Origin: Octopus vulgaris
Lineage: Eukaryota
NCBI GenBank assembly: GCA_951406725.2
Contig: OX597825.1
Coordinates: 52,204,001 to 52,268,000, forward strand
Reading direction: 5' to 3'
Length of the DNA stretch: 64,000 bases
A model generated the notes under the pieces. It was not told the DNA's origin, did no database searches, and saw nothing but the letters and a program-made list of their open reading frames with translations. Positions within the stretch are counted from its first letter, which is position 1. Each line of letters opens with the position of its first letter. Positions 27,431 through 40,558 of the stretch are shown here, in pieces. The position numbers and the translations under genes are program-made.

Positions 27431-27472
27431 GTTCCGATAAAAGTGCAAAAAAGGAAAAGGAGAGAGAAAAGG

Positions 27473-29596
27473 TTACTTGTTTTTCGAAAGTTCTTTGTCT
27501 TTCACCTCACGGTCTTCTTCTATGAGGCTTTTATACAGTTTTTTCGATGAGTACTTTTGAAATCTCCCTACTGCATCAGGGTAAAGAGATTTCAGGGTGC
27601 TGTATGTGTTCTGTGTCACGTGTATTATTTTAATGTGTTGTGGTGGTGTTGTGTGTGGGTGGTTACTTGTTTTTATGTCGTTTTCAGTAATGTTAGTGTT
27701 TGACCTAATGTGTTCCATTAGGTCGTGGTTGTTTGTGTTTATGGCTGTCAACATTTTTGGGGGGTTTGATGATGGTGTGTTTGTGTTGATGTGTGTGTTT
27801 TCTGTGGATGTTTTTGTTTCGGGAGTGGTGTATCTTCCCGCTTTGTTTGTTATTTTTTCTTTTCTTTTTTTCCCCTTTTTCTTCTCCCCCCTGTGGCTAT
27901 TTGCCAATCTTCCGTGTCTTCTTCGTCTAATGACAAATCAGACGAATCGGAGTCTGGAAGAGGGAAAATATTGGGGTCTATTGTCGACTGTGTTGGTTTT
28001 GTTGTTGGTGTTGGTTGGTGAGCGTTTGGTTGTGGTGTATGCGGTTTTGGAGGTGGGGTTTGGGTATTTTGTGTTTGAGTGATTGTAGGTATTGTTGTGT
28101 TGTTTAGGGTCTCAATTTTGTGGGGATTTGGAGTTGTAATTGTTTCTTCATTTTTGCTGGGTGTCTTTTTGGCAGATGTCCTTGGTTTGGGAGTTGGTAT
28201 ATTCTTGGTTGTTGTTGTTGTTGGTGATGCTGCTTCTGTTCTTGGTGCTGCAGTTGGTGTGGTTGTTTGTTTGGTGAGGTTTGTTCCTGCAAAAAGTGGT
28301 GTGGGTAGTAAACCTTGTTTATTTGTTTTTGTTTCCGGCTGCTGTTGTTGTTGCTGTTGTTTTCTTGCGGCAGATTTGCAGTCTTTTTTTAGGTGTTGCT
28401 CACTGCCGCATATGTAGCAACGTGGTCTTCTGCCATCGACGACCACATATAACTTGTGGTCGTCTGATACACATATCTGGGTGGGTATTTTTTTTATATC
28501 TTCATGATGTATATGTAGAAGAAATTCTACTTTTTTCCCACCCAGTTTTTATGCTCTGTGACTGTGGTTTCCAAAATAGTATAATTCGCCATTTTTACGC
28601 ATAAGGCCTTTACAAGCCATAGGCTATTGGCTATTTTGGGGACATTGTTTAGAGTGATCTTAGTCACTTTCTGTCCCCGATAGCTTGGTGTAAGTTGGAG
28701 TTCATCTGAGTGAAGAGTTAGCGTTGAGAATTGTCTAGCTAACTCTTCGGTGTAGAAAACAACTTGTATGTGGGCAAATTTGTTCCACCAGGTTACATAT
28801 TCTTTGTGATCCCAGATGGGTTTCAAGCACTTCTCTATTTTGCTTGTGTTGGCCTTCTCTGGGATTTTTGTTTTTTTGTTAACTATTTTATAAATGATTG
28901 TTCGTCTTTTTTCATTTTCCAAAATGTCTTCTGGTATGTTTATTTTTACTATACCTTCTGATTCTGTTATTTTAATGTTCGTGTCCTGCATTTGTTGAGC
29001 CGTAAAGTATATTGTTGTTTTTTTTCTTTAATCGCCTCAGCGAAATTTGTTGTTGTTTTGTTATTGTTGTTGCTTGTGGTGATGTTGTTGGCTGCAGTTT
29101 GTAAAATTGGTGTGTTTGGTTCGATTGTGCAAGTAGGAAGGGGTGGAAAATTGCCTGCGTACTTTAGTCCTGCACTAGGGCAAATTTCGACATTTCGTTT
29201 GCTTGTCGTCGTTATTTTTTCACTTGTTGGTGATGGAGTGAGCAGTGGTTGAAGGGAATTGTTGTTGTCGTCGTCGTTGTTGTTGTTATTGTCGTTCTTG
29301 GTGACGGCGGTGGTGTTAGTAGTATTAGTAGCATTGACGGCACGGTCTTTGGTGGCGGTGATGTTGGTATTGTTATTGTCTTTAGTAGGGATAGCAGTTT
29401 TAGTAGCAGATTCTGCCATGGTGTTGGACTCACTGATGGTGTTGACGGTGCTTGGCCTTGCGACCTTTGTTTTGTATTTGTTGCTGTTGATGGTGGTGGA
29501 GTTGTCAGGTTCGGCGTATGCTAACAGAGCATCCTGTTTTTCTGTTTCTGCGTCACGCTTGACTTGCACCTCAGCCTCGTGGTGGCCAGTGGCCAT
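27473..29596 (-). pseudogene. LINE ORF1 (gag-like nucleic-acid chaperone), frameshifted into four pieces
   Basis: Contiguous minus-strand ORFs 28967-29626, 28527-28991, 27850-28446 (CYICGSEQHLKKDC knuckle), 27473-27907, ending 43 bp before the ORF2 ATG. Confidence 0.85.
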
Positions 29597-31385
29597 TTTG
29601 GAAATAAAATGGCTAAATGAAACCACGAAGGCTATGAGAATTTTTTCTTTTAAATTTTGCCCACAAGGGGCAAAATTTTGTGTCGATATTTATCAAAGGT
29701 TTACAGTGGATGTTGTTGCACAACTTTTAAGCACAAAATGTTTGTCAATATACACTTTTGAAACGTACAAAAATACCAACTTACGTGGAGCCCATTTGAC
29801 TTGCGTCCGTCTGTCGAATAGATATAGATAGATAGCATTAGCTGAATTTCACTACAGAAGAGTAAGTTTATATGTCTACATGCAGTGACAAAAATTAGGA
29901 TAGTAAAGAAGTGTTGGAACTAAAAGTCTGCCTTCTAACTCTGTTATATTTGCCAAAAACATTAAGGTAAATAAAAATAAAAACTCTCGTTTCAGGGATT
30001 TCAGAAAATACCAGAATTGGATAAAACATGCAAACCAGTGAAACATGTAAAATAAATATACAAAATGGAAAAACAACAAACTAAATAAAATTGAAAGCTT
30101 GTAGAAATTGCATTATATTTAATGGCTTCTGTTGATATGTTCAAGATAATCATCACCATAATCATTGTCATAACCATCTTCATTGTTACCATTGTCCCCT
30201 TTATCATTGTTGTCCTTGCCATCATTCTTCTTCTTCTTCTTCTTCTTCTTCTTCCATCATCATCATCATCATCATCCTCATCATCTACCATCTTTAATGT
30301 TTGTTGATCACGAAATCTATTTTACTAACAAATTTCTAATTAAGAATTGTTGAAATTTAATTTTCACTGAAACACACAGAAGAATTTATTATCACTTCAC
30401 CTTTTTCCGTTTCCTATAGAAAAAGCAGGAATTTTTAATTTTTTCCAATAATTCAACAGTTAAACTGGAATCAGCCTTTTCAGAACTCATTTACATAAAT
30501 CAAATGAAAAATTGTTTAAAATGAAAAGATCAGCTCTATGCTTTAACCTAAAGGGTTTTGTCTTTTAATTATTTTATTTGCATTTCGTTCCTTTTTGTTT
30601 TAACTGTCTTTTTATTTAATTTTTCTGTTTTTGTGTTGGTCTTTCATTTAGAAATTACTGATTTTCTTTCAGTGATATTCTTACACTTGTACTAATAGTA
30701 TTAAAGAATAAATAACTGTACAATATGCTGGCATATGACCTGCTCCTATGACCCACTATAGTAATAGCGACAATTATTTCGGCATTTCTATAAGGATTGT
30801 GTAGCCAGCAGACTTCAGCTTGTTTTACAGTCGCATATGTTAGACGCATCATGATTGCACAGCAGTGTGACAGCTCATAGTGCTTGTCTCAAACACCAAT
30901 GACAAGTTTATGTAGTTGCATAAATTTATCAGAATGTTACAATATTTTTCATTTGGTTGGAGTTTTCTTTTAGATACTTTTATAAAACAAACTACAAATA
31001 TATAAAAAAAGAGAAGAAAGCAAAGCTGAATTTGAGAAAATCCACAATTAAATCATGCTAAAAATATTTAAGCATATAAGCGTATATACATATATATGCA
31101 TACATACACACACATACATGTATGTATGTATTTGTATATATGATATAAAATTTTGAAACAAAAAAGTGTTATCAGCTTTTTTAGTGAAATTCAATGATAA
31201 AACCAAAATTCTAAGATTTTCTTAACCCTTTTTTTTACTTTGCATATTCCTTTCTAAGCATAATGAAAATATGCAAATAATATTATATTTCGATTTAATC
31301 TCATGATGAGGAAGGCTTTCAACATTAACTTTGTTTTGTTATTGATATCATGTAGATAGTTAGAATACATATGTACATGCATATA

Positions 31386-31653
31386 TATTGGGTTGGGGCA
31401 TAATTATTGCGGGGTTTTTACAAAAAATTTTATTCAACAAAAACAATAGCAATATTTAACAAAATCATCCTTAAATGACAGTCTGACCATCTGCCAAGCA
31501 AATGGGAAGTAGATGGTAAATATGCAAATTGAAGTAGATGGTAAATATGCTCCAGAATAATCATCTAAAGTTGTTTTTGTTACATGTTGTTATTGTTTGT
31601 GTTGAATAAAATTTGTTGAAAATAAGCTGCAATAATTATGCACCAACCCAATA
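31386..31653. mobile_element. Mariner-derived MITE
   Basis: TA|ttgggttggggcataattattgc ... gcaataattatgcaccaacccaa|TA; internal duplication of gaagtagatggtaaatatgc. Confidence 0.9.
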
Positions 31654-32448
31654 TGTGTGTATGTGTGTGTATGCATGCATTTGTGTGAGAAAGAGAAGGC
31701 ATGTAGTGCAGTAGTTACAGTGCTATGCTTATGATTGCAAAATCATGGATTCAGTTCTTAGATTGGTGGTACTTGGATTCTTGAGCAAAACACCTCATTT
31801 CATATTGTTCTAGCTCATTCTCATATAATTCTGCAATGAACTGGCATTCTGTTTAGGGTGGATGTTACCCTGTCCACTTAAATTGCTGGGTGGAATCATT
31901 AGAAAGCTACTATAATGGAATGTGTAGCAACATTCAATAGTCTGGTCAATAGAGTGATATACTGAGAAAAAAGTCGCCAGAATTTTGGAAAAAAAACCTT
32001 TTTATTTCTTCATTATTATTATTAGCCCTCTCATTCCTTTTTTGAACTTGTCAAATAAAATTTTGTGAATGTACGAACAGCTTGTTAATTTATATAAAAC
32101 ATGTTTTTAGTGGGTTTTGTTTAGAAGCGAACATTGTTTTTGTGTTTTGGGGAGAACATTGTTTTTCTTTTTCTCTTTTAAACAAAACCCCCAGAAAACA
32201 TCTGTTTGTACATTCACAAAATTTGATTTGATGAGTTCGAAAAAGGAACAAGAGCACTAATAATAATGAAGAAATAAAAAGATATTTTTCCAAAATCGTG
32301 ACGACTTTTTTCTCAATATTCAATTTCTGTACATCACACTCAATACATACACACACACATACACACACATATATGGTATTTTTTTATAAGCTTAAAGCCT
32401 ATAGTGATAAAGCATATATATATATATATATATGCATCATTGTATTGG

Positions 32449-32507
<59 letters not shown>

Positions 32508-32924
32508 ACTTATGCATACACATGCATATATATATATCATTGTTTTAATATCAATATTTCCACACTCATATGGGTTGCTGAAATTTACTGGGGGAGATTT
32601 TCTATAGTTGGATGCCCTTCCAGTTACTCACACTTGCCTATTTCCAAGCAAGGTAATATTTCTACATGACCTGACATGTTTTCATGGAAGATTGGAAATG
32701 AAAGATACTGGTTGTATGTTAGCGACACCGTTTTTTTCTTCTAAAACTATTATGTAGTTTGAATACAAGGAGACTAACATATTCACACTCCCATGTGCAC
32801 ACACATACACATGTGCACACACACCCTATACACACACATGCACATACATGCACGTGCACACACCCATGTCCATGCACGTGCATGTACATACATACACACA
32901 TAAGTTAATTGTACTGATAATGCC

Positions 32925-33060
32925 TTGTAATCACTGTAAAAGTCAAGTATAACATATTGGAGTCCCTTCTCATATTGAAAGTATCTCACAAATATTAGCA
33001 ACCTTCTCGATGCACCATTTAAGACATCAGTTGCTGTTGCATGCAGCAAACTATTCTTTG
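32925..33060 (-). pseudogene. hAT-like transposase fragment
   Basis: ATDVLNGASRRLLIFVRYFQYEKGLQYVILDFYSD resembles the first-catalytic-Asp region of hAT transposases (ATDAS...VRYF...LDF). Confidence 0.5.
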
Positions 33061-33742
33061 ATACATATATATATAACAAATAAGAGAAAGAGGAAATGGA
33101 ATTCATGAGCTTCTTTATTAATCACAATAATAATGTTGGCATATGTTGCATTCAATCTCTGGTAAATGAGATTCTGGACAACTGGTTGTGATGCATCCTT
33201 TGGTGTAGATGTGTCTTGTCAGGTGACTTTTCAAAAGTGCCTCACTCAATAAGCATGGTTTTGCTTGGTTTGATTACAATGCATTTCATTTCTTGTCTGT
33301 GGCTAGTTGCATAGAGGTTTTGTGGTTTGGAATGACATGGAATGAATGTAGTTTTTTTTTCTATAGGTAAAGGACCTACATATAGTTAATCATACATAAA
33401 AACACATTTAAAGAATAAAAAAATTATTTTGATAAGTATACAATGAGCTAGTACTATTTTTGCTTTGATAAAGATATATTATTAGATATAGTCATAAAAA
33501 GAGAAGACAATCTTGTAGGAGATGAAGAGACAAAAACGCAGCGGCACAATTGATTGGTTAATTAGAATATGACAGCTTGACAATGGTGTTTTAGGGATAC
33601 ATACAAAAACACATTCACTTCCCTCATCTCCATTTTACAGGTACCTGAGAATAAGCAGGTTGTGGCAGCCATTGTTGATTTATGATTTGACCTCCACTGC
33701 CCTGAGTATCCACTTTACCTATCTATGTATATATTCACATAG

Positions 33743-33803
<61 letters not shown>

Positions 33804-34129
33804 TACACAAACACACACACGCATACACAGACTCCCACACAAGAAAAAATATATGTGGATAATTGTACACACGTGTGCATGTGTGTTTCCTACAATGAGA
33901 GAAAATATGGATATAAATAAGTAAGGTACCTTTTGAAAAGTCATCTGATGAGACACATTTGCACTGAGAGATGCACCACAAACGACCAGTTGTCCAGAAT
34001 CTCACCCACAAGAGACTGGTGTAAGACCGGTCAAAACGATTATTGAGATTAATAAAGAATTTTGTGAATTGCATTTTCTCTTTCTCTCATTTGTTATATA
34101 CTTGTTGTACACATGGAGGAATTTCAGAA

Positions 34130-34450
34130 GTAAATCCAGTGGCATTTATATTTATACTCTTGATGACATGAGGTAGCCACAAACAGTGAATGTGCTTTAA
34201 CAGGCAAACTACCAGGTACACACACACACTCTATGTACTTCTTCACATAATATAGTATTAAAATATTTTCATATAACGATTTTGATTTAGACTTTCTGCA
34301 TATTACACCTTTTCTTATGATTAAGACACTGAATATTTCTTTATCAACTTTCCCTCCACTGTTGACACCCCTATATGACTGATGAAGTTTCATATGATAG
34401 TTTTCACAGTTCTGCAGCCAAGATTTTGTCATCTTGAATTGATTGAGCTG
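34130..34450 (-). pseudogene. Possible Tigger/pogo transposase fragment
   Basis: FKMTKSWLQN...YHMK resembles the CENP-B HTH motif FKAS.GWL..F..RH; heavily decayed. Confidence 0.3.
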
Positions 34451-35352
34451 GGAAGAAGAATAATAGCAATGATAGCATAACTAGACAAGTGCTAACTTTG
34501 TCTGTGGTAACATGTCATTCAAATGCTTATTATGTCTCAGTAACAAATTTTACATTATAATGACATTGTACACGAAAATATGTAAATAATCTTCTCTTAT
34601 ATATTTATTTTGCAAAATTCCTGATGTGAAATCCTGTGTCGAAAAAGATATTGTTATATTTCTGGATGTTCGATCTTTTTTTGGGGGAAGGGGACAAATG
34701 AACACACACACATTACATATACCTTCTTCATTTCAGCTTTATCATTATTATTATTATTATTATTTTGGTGTCCTTTGTCTTAAATCTTTCATCACACAAC
34801 CTGTGACCTCTTCATCCCATAAAATATACCAAAATTTTCTCTTCTTCTAGTGATAAATTCAAATTCTTTGATTTGCACAGCTAACTGTGGTCACTCTTTT
34901 CAACCACTCTTCAGGGGTTTGAAGCCAGAACATAAACAAAAACAAATCGTTCACTCTTCACTGCACCTTTGTGCAGCTTTCTGTCTTGTATGTGTCAACA
35001 ACATGATATGTATACTGCAGACCGAAAGCAAACTGCTAATTTTTTTTTGTTTAAATAACTTGCCATATAACATGACAATGTTTTATGATGTCTATTAGAG
35101 TATCAGGTATAATACCTGTGGTATTTCTTCCAAGTCTATATATTTTGAGTTCAAATACTACCAAAGTCAACTTTGTCTTTCGTTCTTCCAGAATTACTTC
35201 AATAAATTACCAGACAAGTACTAGTGTCAATGCAATCAACTAATTCCTTCCCTGAAAATTGATGGTCTTGTACATAAATAAAAATCTTTATTATAAACAA
35301 TAGTATGAAAATTATATTTGAATACTTAAAAGTTTTAATAAACTCAAAGGCA

Positions 35353-37498
35353 TACCATACACACTTGACTATAAAATGCCCTTGCCTATAAAACGCACCC
35401 CTCCTCGACTTACAAGGTTTAAATCGGGAATTTTATTATTGACCCGACTATAAATCACAGTGACTTTTTTGATATTGGAGGGCAGAGTTCAATTAGGAAT
35501 TGTGCCAGCATGGTTGTTGTTCAGTAACCAAGCTTTCAGTAAGCTGAAGACAACAACTGTTATTCTATTAAGTCTATGGATTTTAGAAACTGTTGTTTAT
35601 AACGTAAAATTCTATCCTTGATAACACTAGCTGACTTGTTTATCGTATTGAGACTTATTTGCCTCTGTACTTTCCCTTTACTTTTTGATTTATGCCCTTT
35701 CATTATTAGGACACTTTTGCAGCAACTAACACACAAAACCATGCAGTCATGTGTGCTATGATTGGAAAAAAATTCAATATACTATTTTAAGTTGTAAGGA
35801 AGTGTATGAAACATTGTGACAAAAATTGGAAGAATAAATGAAGGAAGAATTTAGTTTTACTAATCATCATTTTCGTCATCACTTTCTCCAAATAACTAAT
35901 AAAACATCTCAGTTGTGATGGTTTTATTGTATACACCCTCGTCTTCACTAGACTGAACTTCATTAACTGATTAAGCACATTTCTTGCACAGACAAAGTCA
36001 TTATATAGCTTGTCTTGCATGCCATCCATGGAATTTGAGATCCCTCACTTCAAAAATAATTTCATCATAAGTTCACTCAGTATTTCAGCCCATGAATCTA
36101 TCATCCACTGGCAAACAGTCTTAAGGTCAGGGTGTTTAAAGTTCCCAGCTTTTGCCATTTCTTTGTCACCATTAATCATCCATTCATTCCACTTGGCACA
36201 CATGTTCACCTTAAAAAGCTTGTTTACTGACATGTCATGTGGATGAAGCACATACGTATACCCACCTGGAATCACAACTTGGTAGGTATTGTGTTCCTTT
36301 AATCTATTTTTTATACTGTCGATCAGATGAGCCCTGAATATATCCCATACAAGAAGTGACTTTGAATTAAGCATAGCCCCTGGGTGCTGGAACCACATGT
36401 CATTTAACCAATTTGTCAATATGGTTTCGTCCACCTACCCTTTCTCCTGAACATACACTCTTTGGAAACTTCTCTTTTGGTAAAGTCTTTTTTTTTTAAA
36501 ACAACAGCCAGGGTAAGTTTCATGCCATCAGCCATACAAGCCAAAATCATGGTGAAGTGGGCCTTGTTGCTCCCCGTAGTTTTTTATTGAAATTGTGTTT
36601 TTCCCTTAAACATCGACAGTCTGAGTTTCACCCATGACGAAAAAAAATGGGTGTCTTGTCCGTATTATCAATTGCTACCAAGGCAAACATGTGGCTCTTT
36701 CATAGGTCTATTTCATACCAATGAAAGTAATCAACTTTGCCCTCTATGTTGGTGGGTAATTTCTGTGCAATATGAGTCCTCTCTCTCAGTGTAAGATTAT
36801 GGCATTTCATAAATCTCATACACCAGCCAGGGGATGCTTTAAAGTCGGATATACCATGTTCTTTAGTCACCTGGAGAGCCCACAATCTAATGATGTTTCT
36901 CATGATGACAAGTCCATGCCTGCATAGTTCAGTCACCCAGTCTCTCAACATAGTCTCCGTCTCCCCATTGGAACTCATTCCTATCCTAATTTTCTTTAAC
37001 TATTTGATGTCAACAAATTTCATTTTCTCCTCTTTCAAATGCCAATCCCTGACCATTTTTTCTGAAACTTCAAATTCTCTTTCTGCAGCTCAATTCAAAT
37101 GTAACTTCACGTATTCAATAACTTTCAGCTTCAAAGTGATGTATGAATTCCTTTTTCTCTTCATGTTATCAAATAACATGGTATTGAATTAAAGAAAGAC
37201 AGGTATGGTACAAAGACAAACAAGCATTAAACTGACTTTTTAAAAAATTATTTCATACTAACAGATGTAAAGAAATATATAAAGAAATATCTAAAGATCA
37301 TCTTCCATGTACTTCTCAGGTTCAGAATTACCGATTTGGGATTTTTTGGTTATTCCAAGCGTCAGAATTTCAGACATGGCTTGTACCTAGAAAATATCTG
37401 AAGATTTTTTTTATTGGATGTGTTTATAAGATGCTCTCACAAATTTAGAAGAAAATTTCAGGAAAAAAAGTGCGACATACAACTGAGTATATATGGTA
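35353..37498 (-). mobile_element. pogo (POGK-like) DNA transposon, decayed, both ends present
   Basis: TA|ccatacacacttgactataa ... tacaactgagtatatatgg|TA terminal repeats surrounding a transposase remnant. Confidence 0.88.
35900..37165 (-). pseudogene. pogo transposase remnant (Brinker-type DBD, CENP-B HTH, DDE_1)
   Basis: LKLKVIEY...AAEREFEVSEKMVRDW; FKASPGWCMRFMKCHNLTLRERTHIAQKLP; LLVWDIFRAH...VIPGGYTYVLHPHDMSVNKLFK. Confidence 0.9.
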
Positions 37499-37753
37499 AT
37501 TAAAACTATTTTAATTATACCTGAACTAATTCATATAAGTTTTTTTGTGTGCTTTCAAAACAAGGAGGACAAAATAGGGTTCTGCAACAAAGAGACAAAA
37601 CTCAAGGCGGAACACTCACTATATAAAACTATCTGTTTGAACACCCTTCTAAATACTAACTTCCGCCAAAATATTGGCTTCTTTTGATAAAGCATAAGAT
37701 TACATTTTATAGGGAGATAGTTCCTTAAATCACCCTAGTATAACACTTGTTTT

Positions 37754-37785
<32 letters not shown>

Positions 37786-37786
<1 letters not shown>

Positions 37787-38190
37787 GGAGTGGCTGTGTG
37801 GTAAGTAGCTTGCTTACCAACCACATGGTTCCGGGTTTCATTCCCACTGTGGGGCACCTTGAGCAAGAGTCTTCTACTATAGCCTCGGGCTGACCAAAAT
37901 CTTGTGAGTGGATTTGGTAGAGGGAAACTGAAAGAAGCCCGTCGTATATATGTATATGTATGTATGTGTGTATATATGTTTGTCTGTCTGTGTTTGTCCC
38001 CCACAAAATCACTTGACAACAGATGCTGGTGTGTTTACGTTCCCGTGACTTAATGTTTCAGCAAAAGAGACCGATTGAATAAGTACTAGGCTTACAAAAA
38101 ATAAGTCCTGGGGTCGATTTGCTTGACTAAAGGTCGTGCTCCAGCATGGCTGCAGTCAAATGACTGAAACAAGTAAACGAGTAAAAGAGG
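37786..38190 (+). mobile_element. tRNA-derived SINE, family A (well-preserved copy)
   Basis: A box tggctgtgtgg, degenerate B box, CORE-like ggcaccttgagcaagagtctt, internal TA/TG repeat, tail atgactgaaacaagtaaacgagtaaaagag. Confidence 0.9.
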
Positions 38191-38516
38191 ATTACTGAGA
38201 TGCTAAACAGAAAAATTAAACTTGTCTTGATTTGAACTCAGAATTTATGTAAGTTTCCTTTAATGTGACTGACGGTTAAATTCTGATGAAGAAACTTAAA
38301 GACAGATAGATTTAATGACATGGTTAAGCTATTATACAATTTGTTAAATGGATAAGCCTAATATTTCTTGTAAATTAACATTTTAATGTATTTACATATT
38401 TGTTTTGCAAGATTCCTCATGAGAAATCATGTGGTGAAGCAAATATTGTTAGATTTGGGGATGGTGATATTTCGTCACTTAAAGACACACACTATATATT
38501 TGGTCTTCATTTCAGC

Positions 38517-38548
<32 letters not shown>

Positions 38549-38719
38549 TTTAGGTCTTTGTCTAAGCTCTTTTGCCATGCATCCTGCGATTCATCAGTGA
38601 TTCACTATCTTATGTGCCTCCTCTTGTTCTGCTTATTCTGTTTTCTCTTTCTATGTGTAGATACACCACTGGTGAGATCACAGAATGTGTAACAAAAGAG
38701 CTTAGACAAAGGCACTAAC

Positions 38720-38734
38720 ATAATAATAATAATG

Positions 38735-38808
<74 letters not shown>

Positions 38809-38893
38809 GATGATGATAATAATAATGATGATGATATGGATGATAATAATAATGATGATGATGATGATGACGACGATGATGACAACGATGATG
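38720..38893. repeat. (AAT)n/(GAT)n compound microsatellite
   Basis: Direct reading. Confidence 0.95.
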
Positions 38894-39689
38894 AAACAAA
38901 GACCAAGTATATGGTGCATGTGTTTAATTGGCAAAATATGACCACCACCAAGCATAAAAATAATTCCTTAATAATCGTTCTTTAATTATGTAAAGTAAAT
39001 TTCCAATTAGTTTGATCATTTTACTGATGTTTTTCCATGGGTTAGATGAACATATATTGGTATCTAGCATGGGTTAGATAAATATACATTAACTGAGGTG
39101 TTGTTTAACATCTGTATGCCCTTCCTATCACTACCCTTCCCAGATCCTCTAGTGAGAGAAGTTTAAATTCCCTTCATCTTTAAAAGCTAAGCATTTTTAG
39201 ACAATTTGTTAATAGGGAAGGTCAGCAAGCTGTACCAGTTGGAGGTGAACACTATCATGCAAAACACAGAACACACGTACGCATGCACAAAACATCATTA
39301 TTATGTAAAATTCATCCATTATTTATTCTGGCATGTGTTGGATGGTGTTAAAGAAAGTGATGGAACCAAGGACTGCATCATACTCCTGTGTCTTCTTCTC
39401 CTTTGGTATGTTTTGTATGAATGGATGCCCTTTTTGATACCAACTACTGCACAGTGTGTAATGGGTGCTTCTCCTTCATACCATCAACACAAGTGAGGTC
39501 ACCGTGTAGCTTGCAAGATATGAACCCTGATGGGGTAATTAGCACTAAGAAATACTTTGTTAAAGTTACAGAGAAAAGTTCCAGAGCAATGCATCAGTCT
39601 CATCATCATCATCTGTCCTTCTTTAGATGCTGGAATGGGTTGAGTGGTTCCACAGGATATATATATATATTTGTTGGGTCTTCTCAGTC

Positions 39690-40195
39690 ACAGCAAAAGA
39701 CCGAGACCTCTAGAGATATGCTGTGATTGAGAAGACCCAGCAAATAAAGTGAGTTCACAGCTGTAACCTACACCAGTATCACATAACCAGCCCATTCAAA
39801 AGTACCTTGGATTGTAGGGTGACATGCCATGCTTGAGGAGACCTATTGAGTCAAGTACATCAAAACCAAAATCAAATGGAAATTGTAGTTGTGATCCCCG
39901 TGCCGGTGGCATGTAAAAAGCACCATCCAAATGTGGCTGATGCCAGCTGTACCTTGACTGGCTTCTGTGCCGGTGGCACATAAAAAGCACCAACCGATCG
40001 TGGTCATTGTCAGCCCCCTCTGGCCCCTGTGCTGGGGGCACGTAAAAAGCATCCACTACACTCTTGGAGTGGTTGGTGTTAGGAAGGGCATCCAGCTGTA
40101 GGAACACTGCCAGATGAGACTGGAGCCTGGTGCAGCCTCCTGGCTTCCCAGACCCCAGTCAGCATAGAAAATAGACATTAAACGATAATGATGAT

Positions 40196-40196
<1 letters not shown>
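39690..40196 (+). mobile_element. RTE LINE 3' fragment with three ~60-bp UTR units
   Basis: Three gtgc..g.ggca..taaaaagca units, then ggagtggttggtgttaggaagggcatccagctgta and a (GAT)n tail. Confidence 0.85.
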
Positions 40197-40235
<39 letters not shown>

Positions 40236-40520
40236 ATGATTGTTTTTATCTTTTACTTATTACAGTCATTAGGCTGCAGCTATGCTGGGGCAATGCTTTT
40301 GGAAAATTTGTCAGCAAGCCTCCATAGGGAATTGAACCCTGCAACTCTGTGCCATTAAGTTTTACAGAGTGCTCAGCTGTTTCAAATTATTTATAAAGGC
40401 AATTTAACATTTAACAACTGGATTGCTCTACACATTTAGTGAAGTACATACTTATTAAACATTTACAAAGACTTGACAGTGAGTTCGAAGTTTTAGCATG
40501 CTCACCTTTCTCAGACTTTG

Positions 40521-40558
<38 letters not shown>

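Larger units (their letters stand above)
23676..29821 (-). mobile_element. Near full-length L1/Tx1-clade non-LTR retrotransposon (~6.1 kb)
   Basis: ORF1 with CCHC knuckle; ORF2 with APE + RT + C-terminal zinc motif; 3' AATAAA then (TATC)n tail; probable TSD atatagatagatag at 23662-23675 and 29822-29835. Confidence 0.95.

Noticed and set aside
24073-29831. Antisense and alternate-frame ORFs overlapping the LINE
   Set aside because: Shadow ORFs of the GC-richer or low-complexity LINE coding sequence
30720-30900. Possible snoRNA or structured ncRNA (minus-strand ATGATG...CTGA)
   Set aside because: Box spacing is too short and there is no terminal stem or recognisable guide
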